This document shows positions 1 to 6,811 of a stretch of 15,832 bases of DNA, piece by piece. This DNA comes from Planctomycetota bacterium. GTDB taxonomy: Bacteria; Planctomycetota; Planctomycetia; Planctomycetales; Planctomycetaceae. Below the pieces are notes generated by a model that was given only the letters and a program-made list of their open reading frames with translations, was not told the DNA's origin and did no database searches. Numbering within the stretch: position 1 is the first letter of the stretch; the number at the start of each line of letters is the position of its first letter. The position numbers were made by a program, and so were the translations under genes. The stretch is taken from the NCBI GenBank assembly GCA_963582955.1, contig CAUZVF010000025.1, positions 1 to 15,832 of the forward strand. The letters are read 5' to 3'.

Positions 1-156
1 GCTTTTACTTTTGATGCCGTCTTGTGTCAATCCCGAGTGAATGACGTCGCCGGATCGCCGAAACGTCTTATCTGTCCTGATCGTCCCCGGTTGACTATGC
101 TCTGGCTGTCGCACCAAAGTCTGAACTCACGTGTGATCGCCTAGAATTCGTGGAAG

Positions 157-1338
157 GTGTCAGTCAGTTCAATTGGCCAGGAGCTTCGATCCGTGGAATT
201 GCCGCGAAATCCAACCAGACACGTCAAAATTGGGACGGTGGCCATCGGTGATGGGAATCCTATCGCCGTTCAAAGCATGACGGCAACTCGGACGCAAGAC
301 ATTGATGCGACCGTTGGCCAAATCAACGCGGTTTCCGATGCCGGAGCCGATCTGTTACGAGTTGCCGTTGACAGCCGCAAGGATGCCGAAGCACTGGCGG
401 AAATCCGTAATCAGACGACAGCTAACCTGTCGGTTGACTTGCAAGAAAATTACCGATTGGCCGAACAGGTGGCTCCCTACGTCGACAAGATTCGCTACAA
501 CCCCGGTCACCTCTATCACCACGAACGCGAAAAACCGTGGCAGGACAAAGTCGAATTCATCGCCCGTGTCGCTCAAGAGCATGATTGTGCGGTTCGAGTT
601 GGCGTGAATTGCGGATCCGTCGATCCGGCGAAATCCGACAAATACGCCGACGACGATTCCATCTCGCCCATGTTGGAAAGCGCACTTGACCATTGTGCGT
701 TCCTCGATTCATTGGGATTCACGCGCTATTGCGTTTCGTTGAAAGATTCGAATCCCCAAAAGGTGATCGATGTCAACAAACGCTTTGCCGAGAAACGTCC
801 CGACGTACCGTTGCATTTGGGAGTCACCGAAGCCGGCATGCCGCCCGACGGAATTATCAAGACACGGATTGCTTTCGAGCAACTGATCAGCCAGGGAATC
901 GGTGACACGATACGAGTGTCGTTGACCGTCCCTAACGACCGCAAGCACGAAGAAATCGAAGCCGGCCGTCAGATTCTGACCGACATCGCCGATGGCCGAG
1001 TCCGCTCGGTCGTCGATTTTGGTTTGAACACGCTGAACATCATTAGTTGCCCCAGTTGCTCGCGCGTCGAAAACGAAGCGTTCGTCGAATTGGCGGCCGA
1101 CGTCAAAGCGATGACGGCATACGCCCAGGAACACGCCATCACGATCGCCGTCATGGGTTGCCGAGTGAACGGTCCTGGAGAAACCGACGACGCCGATCTC
1201 GGCCTGTGGTGTGCTCCGAACTTCGTCAATTTGAAACGCGGCGAAGAATCACTGGGAGCTTACCCGTACGACGAAATCCTACCGCGGCTAAAACAGGAAC
1301 TCGACGCGTTGATCGGACAGCGTACCCGTGCGAATTGA
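157..1338 (+). CDS. ispG: 4-hydroxy-3-methylbut-2-enyl diphosphate synthase (IspG/GcpE)
   Basis: 393-aa ORF with IspG motifs: N-terminal '[20 protein letters not shown]', '[13 protein letters not shown]', 'RYNPGH', 'HLGVTEAGM', '[10 protein letters not shown]', '[13 protein letters not shown]' including the Fe-S cysteines. Confidence 0.97.
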   Translation: MSVSSIGQELRSVELPRNPTRHVKIGTVAIGDGNPIAVQSMTATRTQDIDATVGQINAVSDAGADLLRVAVDSRKDAEALAEIRNQTTANLSVDLQENYRLAEQVAPYVDKIRYNPGHLYHHEREKPWQDKVEFIARVAQEHDCAVRVGVNCGSVDPAKSDKYADDDSISPMLESALDHCAFLDSLGFTRYCVSLKDSNPQKVIDVNKRFAEKRPDVPLHLGVTEAGMPPDGIIKTRIAFEQLISQGIGDTIRVSLTVPNDRKHEEIEAGRQILTDIADGRVRSVVDFGLNTLNIISCPSCSRVENEAFVELAADVKAMTAYAQEHAITIAVMGCRVNGPGETDDADLGLWCAPNFVNLKRGEESLGAYPYDEILPRLKQELDALIGQRTRAN

Positions 1339-1541
1339 GCGTGTTTCCTTCGCTAAGAAACTGAGGAAGAATTGATTCCCGAAAATCTATTCTGGTGGGT
1401 ACCACGTCTTGCCGTTCAGGCAAGGCGTGTCGCGCAGCGACGGGAAACTGTTCTTTGGCTGGCTGAAAGCAAAGTTCGATACGAGTGCTTACCGGCACAC
1501 TTTGCGAGGCTGTATTTTGGCTCTGATCGTGGTACAGCGAT

Positions 1542-1641
1542 TTCCGTTTCGTTTAACGGCAAGCCGCAGGCGACTGCGTTTCGTTGCCGGTCTTCGTTCC
1601 GCGCAACGCGGTCGCCTGCGGCTTGCCGTTAAACAAAGGAA
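1542..1641. repeat. Long inverted repeat (hairpin) in the ispG/pyrH convergent intergenic region
   Basis: Arm 1551-1580 gtttaacggcaagccgcaggcgactgcgtt pairs with 1605-1634 aacgcggtcgcctgcggcttgccgttaaac (29/30; the outer 24 nt are perfect). The stem extends outward through two 1-nt bulges via ttt/aaa and ttcc/ggaa. Loop 1581-1604. Confidence 0.9.
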
Positions 1642-1667
1642 CAACGGTTGCACAGTTTCTCGTTTTG

Positions 1668-2435
1668 CTACTCCGCGTCCTGTGTTGCGATTTCCGAGGC
1701 TGCCACGACGCGTGTTCCAATGCGTTCGCCGGCGATGACGCGTTCGATGTTACCGGATTTCTTGAAGTTGAAAACAACGATGCCGATACCGTGTTCCATG
1801 CAATGGTGTACGGCCTGAGCGTCCATGACCTGCAGGTTTTGTCGCAGGACATCGTTGAACGAGATCACCGAATACCGGACCGCGTGAGGATTTTTTTCGG
1901 GATCTTCCGCGTAAACTCCGTCGACTTTGGTGGCTTTCAGCACGACATCGGCTTCAATCTCACGAGCCCGCAGGGCCGCGGCGGTGTCGGTCGTGACGAA
2001 CGGGCTGCCGGTTCCCGCGGCCAGAATCACAACCCGGCCTTTTTCCAGATGTCGCACGCACCGCCGGCGGATAAACGGTTCGGCAACGCCTTCCATGCGG
2101 ATCGCACTTTGCAGCCGCGTTGGCACGCCGGCGTTTTCCAGCGCGTCTTGCAGAGCCAGTCCGTTGATGACGGTGGCCAGCATTCCCATGTAGTGGGCCG
2201 TCGACGGCGCGATCGCCGCGCTCACGGCCGCGAACTGTTTGCCGCGTAGAATGTTGCCGCCGCCGCAAACAATCGCCAATTGGACTCCCGTTTCGACAAC
2301 GCGTTTGATCTGTTTCGAGAACTCGGCAACCTCCGTCATGCTGATGCCGGATTCCCCACTGCGGCAGAAACTCTCGCCACTGATTTTGAGAATCACACGT
2401 TTGTACACAGATCTCGGCGCGGTTGCTTCCGTCAT
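1668..2435 (-). CDS. pyrH: UMP kinase (uridylate kinase) PyrH
   Basis: Motifs '[13 protein letters not shown]', '[14 protein letters not shown]', '[27 protein letters not shown]'. ATG at 2433-2435 is preceded by an AAAGGAA Shine-Dalgarno-like sequence. The ORF-track start at 2516 (TTG) lies inside a hairpin and is unlikely. Confidence 0.95.
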   Translation of the reverse strand: MTEATAPRSVYKRVILKISGESFCRSGESGISMTEVAEFSKQIKRVVETGVQLAIVCGGGNILRGKQFAAVSAAIAPSTAHYMGMLATVINGLALQDALENAGVPTRLQSAIRMEGVAEPFIRRRCVRHLEKGRVVILAAGTGSPFVTTDTAAALRAREIEADVVLKATKVDGVYAEDPEKNPHAVRYSVISFNDVLRQNLQVMDAQAVHHCMEHGIGIVVFNFKKSGNIERVIAGERIGTRVVAASEIATQDAE

Positions 2436-2453
2436 GGTAAAGTTCCTTTCGAC

Positions 2454-2514
2454 GGTAGGACGGGGACTCCTGCCCGTCAGATCAATGATGACGGGCAGGA
2501 GTTCCCATCCTACC
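2454..2514. repeat. Long inverted repeat (hairpin) filling most of the tsf-pyrH spacer
   Basis: Arm 2454-2479 ggtaggacggggactcctgcccgtca versus 2489-2514 tgacgggcaggagttcccatcctacc; 24/26 complementary, 9-nt loop gatcaatga. Confidence 0.9.
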
Positions 2515-2526
2515 AATGAAAAACCT

Positions 2527-3363
2527 CTACGTTCCGAGAACCCAACACGTGAATCCGGCCGCTTCCAATCCGTGCTCGGCCAATGCCTGGCTGACCGTCT
2601 TGGAATCGTCCTTGGCGAAGGCTTGTTGCACCAAGACGCCTTGTTCGACGTAGAAGTTCTTCATCCGGCCGTCGACGATCTTGTCGATGATGTTATCCGG
2701 TTTTCCGGTTGCCCGGGCTTCTTCCGACAGACGGTCGCGTTCGGTTTGGACGGCTGCCTGATCCAGTTCGTCCGTCGTCGTCACGCTGGGACGCAAGGCG
2801 GCGATGTGCATGGCGACGTCTCGTAGGACGGGCGATGTGGCATCCTCACCCTTCGCCTGAAACAACGTCCCCGTTTTGCCGTCATGATGGACGTAACCGG
2901 CGACGGGCCCGTCAACACGTGTGACCTTGACCACCACGATTTTCTCGCGGATTTTGTTGACCAGTCCCTCGTAAACTTCATTCAGCGTCTTGCCTTCGAC
3001 ATCGGGCGCCGGTTGAGAAAGCAGTTCTTCTGGGTTTGAGGCTCCCGTGCCATCGAGCATCTGACGAGCGCACTGATTGCCCAGCGACTGAAACTCGTCA
3101 TTAGCCGCGACCGGCGCCGATTCGCACTGAATTTCAACCATTGCCGCGGCGCTGCCGTCGTCCTTCACGATGATTGTAATGCGGCCCTCGCCCGTGGCGT
3201 TGTCGGCACGCTTCAGTTGGATCTTCTTCGATCCGTCCTTCAAAATTTCGATCGCCTTTTCCTGGTCACCATCGGTTTGAACCAATGCTTTTTTGCAATC
3301 CATCATCGGAAGATCGGTCAGCTCGCGAAGAGCCTTGACGGCGGCAGCGGTGATTTCGGCCAT
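2527..3363 (-). CDS. tsf: Translation elongation factor Ts
   Basis: N-terminus '[41 protein letters not shown]' is characteristic of EF-Ts. ATG at 3361-3363 is preceded by an AAGGAG-type RBS. Synteny with rpsB. Confidence 0.95.
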   Translation of the reverse strand: MAEITAAAVKALRELTDLPMMDCKKALVQTDGDQEKAIEILKDGSKKIQLKRADNATGEGRITIIVKDDGSAAAMVEIQCESAPVAANDEFQSLGNQCARQMLDGTGASNPEELLSQPAPDVEGKTLNEVYEGLVNKIREKIVVVKVTRVDGPVAGYVHHDGKTGTLFQAKGEDATSPVLRDVAMHIAALRPSVTTTDELDQAAVQTERDRLSEEARATGKPDNIIDKIVDGRMKNFYVEQGVLVQQAFAKDDSKTVSQALAEHGLEAAGFTCWVLGT

Positions 3364-3662
3364 GTTACTTTCTCCTTCTCTAGTGCGAATGCTGTGCGGA
3401 AATGCGATGGTTGCGATCCGGCGAATCGTATGCCGGTGCGTCAATTCCATTGACACGCCTGAACATGCGGCAGTTCGGCCGGCTTCCGCAAAGCGCGAAC
3501 GTTGTTCGAGCAAGAAAACAATCCGTCGCCGCGGCCGATGCTGGCCAGCGGCAACGGAGTATGGCACAGCCATTTTGAAATGTCCGGTTCAAGTTGCCAA
3601 TTCGTGTTCTTCTCACGGCCCGCACGGACAAGACAACATGGCCCCGCCATATATCGAAACGA

Positions 3663-4412
3663 TTAAATACTCGGAACAGCCTTTGGTTCGTCGCCATCCT
3701 GATCGTCGACGACTTTTTTCGGCTCTGGCAGTTTAGCCTTCCCTTCCAGGATCGCTTCCGACAGATAGTTCAAGACCAGACGGATTGAACGGATACTGTC
3801 GTCGTTGCCAGGGATCGGCAGGTCGACGTCATCGGGATCGGAATCGGTGTCGATCAGTGCGACCGTTTTGATTCCCAACAGCCGGCATTCGTTGATGCAG
3901 TTTTTTTCCTTGTTCGGATCGATCACGATGACCGCTTCCGGCAGCCGGTTCATCTCGCGAATCCCTCCCAAGTTTCGGTTGATCTTTCGAAACTCACGAG
4001 TAACGCGGGCTTGCTGCTTTTTGGAATAAGTTGCCAGATCTCCGCTCTCGTTCAGCTCTTCCAATTCTTCCAACCGGCGCAATCGGCTGCGGACCGTGCG
4101 GAAGTTCGTGAGTGTCCCGCCCAGCCATCTCTCTGTACACCAGGGCATTTCCGTTGCCGCAGCCGCTTCGGTGATCGGTCCGGCCGCCTGTCGTTTCGTG
4201 CCGACAAACAGAATCAGGCTGCCTTGTCCCGACACGCGTTTCAGATACCGCTGAGCCCGCAGCAATCCGCGAACGGTTTCCTTGATATCAATGATGTGGA
4301 TCAGATTGCGACGGCCATAAATGTAGGGCCGCATTTTGGGATTCCATTTACTGGTCCGATGACCGAAATGCACTCCCGACTCGAGGATTTCCTTGACGAC
4401 AATTTCTGCCAC
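3663..4412 (-). CDS. rpsB: 30S ribosomal protein S2
   Basis: '[34 protein letters not shown]', '[10 protein letters not shown]', '[13 protein letters not shown]', '[24 protein letters not shown]'. A GTG start at 4410-4412 with upstream AGGAG fits better than the ORF-track start at 4493; an in-frame ATG at 4439 is an alternative. Confidence 0.93.
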   Translation of the reverse strand: MAEIVVKEILESGVHFGHRTSKWNPKMRPYIYGRRNLIHIIDIKETVRGLLRAQRYLKRVSGQGSLILFVGTKRQAAGPITEAAAATEMPWCTERWLGGTLTNFRTVRSRLRRLEELEELNESGDLATYSKKQQARVTREFRKINRNLGGIREMNRLPEAVIVIDPNKEKNCINECRLLGIKTVALIDTDSDPDDVDLPIPGNDDSIRSIRLVLNYLSEAILEGKAKLPEPKKVVDDQDGDEPKAVPSI

Positions 4413-4571
4413 GATTGTGATCTCCTGTTCCCGAACCATTCGGGAGGGTAATACTGGGCACACTTGCGACGCAGCAAGCGTTCTTGGCCGCACGTTTTCA
4501 AGAAGAATGAAACTGACACCCCGAAGAATCCACTAGCTCCGTGCGAAAGTGGGTGAAATTCCAAGAGGCAT

Positions 4572-4625
4572 CCCGGCAGTGCCGGGCCGCAAATTCACTC
4601 ACGATCCGCCGTGAGTGCCGAATTT
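4572..4625. promoter_or_regulatory. Two tandem hairpins between the 703-aa phosphotransferase-like gene and rpsB
   Basis: cccggc-agt-gccggg (4572-4586) and aaatt..cactcacg-atccgc-cgtgagtg..aattt (4591-4625, 8 bp + 5 bp with a 3-nt bulge). No U-tract follows on either strand, so it is not a canonical intrinsic terminator. Confidence 0.45.
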
Positions 4626-4699
4626 GGAACCGCTTATCGTATTGATTCGCCAAACTTGCGTCAAACCACGCTCTTGCGGCCCAAGATTTCATGTGGGAA

Positions 4700-6811
4700 C
4701 TAAAGAATCTCGACGGTTCCCGCGCTTCCATCAATTGTGATCGAGCTACCATCGACGATTCGCTGGCATGCCGACGGAACCCCAAGAACGGCTGGGACAC
4801 CAAACTCACGGCAAATGACGGCTGTGTGAGAAAGAAGGCCGCCGGTTTCCGTGATGACTCCGGCAACGCGATTAAGGACCGGCGTCCAACCGGGATCGGT
4901 AAACGGACAGACAAGTATTGCGCCGGCGGGGATTTGCGTGGCGTCTTCCACGGTACCGGCGACGCGGGCAGTGCCGCGAATTGTTCCCGGACTGGCTCCG
5001 ATTCCTTGCAGCGCGCCCGTACAAACGACTGGTTTGAATTGAAAGCGGCCGCCAATTTCGTTCGGAGCCTGGAAGTTGCGATAGCTTTCGTAGATTTCGC
5101 GATTGGGTTTCACCGCGGAGCGATCGTCTTCAAAAATCTCGCGGAACGTCATGAAGAAGATGTCGTCGCCAATGCCACGCCGCTCGGCGATTTCCAACAC
5201 ATGGCGGCGAATCAAGTAATACATCCGGCTCGACAGGTCACGTAATTCCTCACGGAGCCAAACGAAATGTCGCAAGCGATCGAGTTTGCGGTTAAATGAA
5301 CGGCGTTTCCAAATCGGTACCCGTGCGACGGCCTCCGCTCGTGCTTGTTCGTATGCCGGTCGCGGATCGGCGGCTTCTTGGCCCGATAAATTGTTGAGCA
5401 GTTGTTCGACGAATTCCCGATCCTCGTCCCAGCGCGGCTGAATGATGTCGAGCCCCAAACGGTACTGGTGTCGGAATTCGCGGAGTAATTGTGTGACGTC
5501 AGAATCGCCGCGCTCGGCCATCTCTCGCATCTTTCGGACGGGTGCCGCGTGACGGAGTGGCGGTAGCGCGGCAACCAATGATGAGTAATCAGCCTGCGGG
5601 AAAGACATCTTGAAATCCATTTTCGCGAGCGAAAGTGCGAAGATCGTTCGAAAATACGTAGATTCCGTTGCGAAGAAATCGCGTTCGATCAGTCGGAGGA
5701 ATGACGAATCAACATCGTCGTCGGCGGTCGGCTCGTACTGCCGCTCGATCTTGTCGAAATCACTTTCCAGCAGCGTCCGCGCGGACGCCGCTTGTTTCTT
5801 GAGGAATGAGCGCACTCCGAACGCGATTGGCAAAACTCGAAACAAGCTCCGCAATGTCAACGGTGTGCAGTTTCCGTCGCCTTCGTAATTGATCTGGACG
5901 CTCAAATCGTTATCGAATTCGCGTTCAACGAAACCTGGAATCTTGGCCACGCATTGTTTGACAGCTCCCAGATTCCAATACGGCCGGCCAAAAAACATCC
6001 GGGCAGCCTGAAAATCATCGGTTAACAATTTGACTTCGCGCAGGCAGCTCTTCAGAGTGGTTTCCCAAATGAAGTCATACAGCGACCACATCAGCGGCGA
6101 GCAAACAGTGCTCGACACGCCGCCATCGCGAAAGTCGGCGTTGGTCCATTCACCGACTTCGGCGAAAAATCCGATGCGAGTGATCGGCCGCGCTTGCAGG
6201 ATGTAAAACACTTCGTCTTCGATCGCGAATTCGATGTCTTGAGGTGTTCCGAAGTGCCGATGGATTTCGCGCGCCGTCGCAGCAATCTCGGACGCGTATT
6301 TCCGCAATAGCGGATCGGTGTTTGGCAGAGCCGACTTGCGGCCGGCCAACAAGTCGTCAGCGAGTCCCTCGCAGGCTTCGATGACGACTTCTTCGGCACC
6401 GGTTGTCGGATTGACCGTGAACGCCACGCCTGCCAAGACGGGCTGCACCATGCGCTGCACGATGACTTGCATTCGTAGTGATTCCGCGGCAATCCCGTTG
6501 TGCCGGCAGTATTCGATGACCGTTGGTGTTCGCAGCGATTCGTGACATTTGCGAACAGCCGCTTCAACTTCATTTGCCGACGACAGATTCAGAAAGCTGC
6601 TGAACTGGCCGGCGAACGACGTGTCTCGCCCGTCTTCGGCCGACGCCGACGAGCGGACGGCCAATGGCGTGCCGAGACGGCTGACAACTTCATCGAAGTC
6701 AGTTGGCGACACAACGAATTCAGGAACACGAAACCCAGCCGACTGCAATTCGCGCAAGACGGCGGCTTTGCCTCCAAGCCTTTGCCGATTTTCACTAACG
6801 AGTGTTGACAT
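4700..6811 (-). CDS. PEP-synthase/PPDK-family dikinase-like phosphotransferase (ATP-binding domain, unassigned middle region, C-terminal phospho-His swivelling domain)
   Basis: N-terminal PPDK_N motifs 'GGKAAVLRELQSAGFRVPEFVV', 'LAVRSSASAEDGRDTSFAGQF', 'QDIEFAIEDEVFYILQARPITR'. C-terminal PEP-utiliser motif 'GGLLSHTAVICREFGVPAVLG' with predicted phospho-acceptor His662 (codon 4826-4828). No PEP-binding TIM barrel follows. ATG at 6809-6811 with GAGAGG upstream. Confidence 0.88.
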   Translation of the reverse strand: MSTLVSENRQRLGGKAAVLRELQSAGFRVPEFVVSPTDFDEVVSRLGTPLAVRSSASAEDGRDTSFAGQFSSFLNLSSANEVEAAVRKCHESLRTPTVIEYCRHNGIAAESLRMQVIVQRMVQPVLAGVAFTVNPTTGAEEVVIEACEGLADDLLAGRKSALPNTDPLLRKYASEIAATAREIHRHFGTPQDIEFAIEDEVFYILQARPITRIGFFAEVGEWTNADFRDGGVSSTVCSPLMWSLYDFIWETTLKSCLREVKLLTDDFQAARMFFGRPYWNLGAVKQCVAKIPGFVEREFDNDLSVQINYEGDGNCTPLTLRSLFRVLPIAFGVRSFLKKQAASARTLLESDFDKIERQYEPTADDDVDSSFLRLIERDFFATESTYFRTIFALSLAKMDFKMSFPQADYSSLVAALPPLRHAAPVRKMREMAERGDSDVTQLLREFRHQYRLGLDIIQPRWDEDREFVEQLLNNLSGQEAADPRPAYEQARAEAVARVPIWKRRSFNRKLDRLRHFVWLREELRDLSSRMYYLIRRHVLEIAERRGIGDDIFFMTFREIFEDDRSAVKPNREIYESYRNFQAPNEIGGRFQFKPVVCTGALQGIGASPGTIRGTARVAGTVEDATQIPAGAILVCPFTDPGWTPVLNRVAGVITETGGLLSHTAVICREFGVPAVLGVPSACQRIVDGSSITIDGSAGTVEIL

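Noticed and set aside
1399-1535. 8-nt inverted pair gtaccacg (1399-1406) / cgtggtac (1528-1535) as possible ends of a small mobile element
   Set aside because: No extension of the match and no clear direct-repeat target duplication; short enough to be chance.
1584-2249. 221-aa plus-strand ORF antisense to pyrH
   Set aside because: Starts inside the inverted repeat loop, lies antisense to the conserved pyrH gene, and has no homology-like motifs.
2436-2516. N-terminal extension of the pyrH frame
   Set aside because: The upstream TTG and following codons are encoded by the hairpin, and the internal ATG at 2435 has a proper RBS.
3364-3573. N-terminal extension of the tsf frame in the ORF track
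   Set aside because: EF-Ts homology begins exactly at [10 protein letters not shown] with a good RBS; upstream residues are non-conserved open frame.
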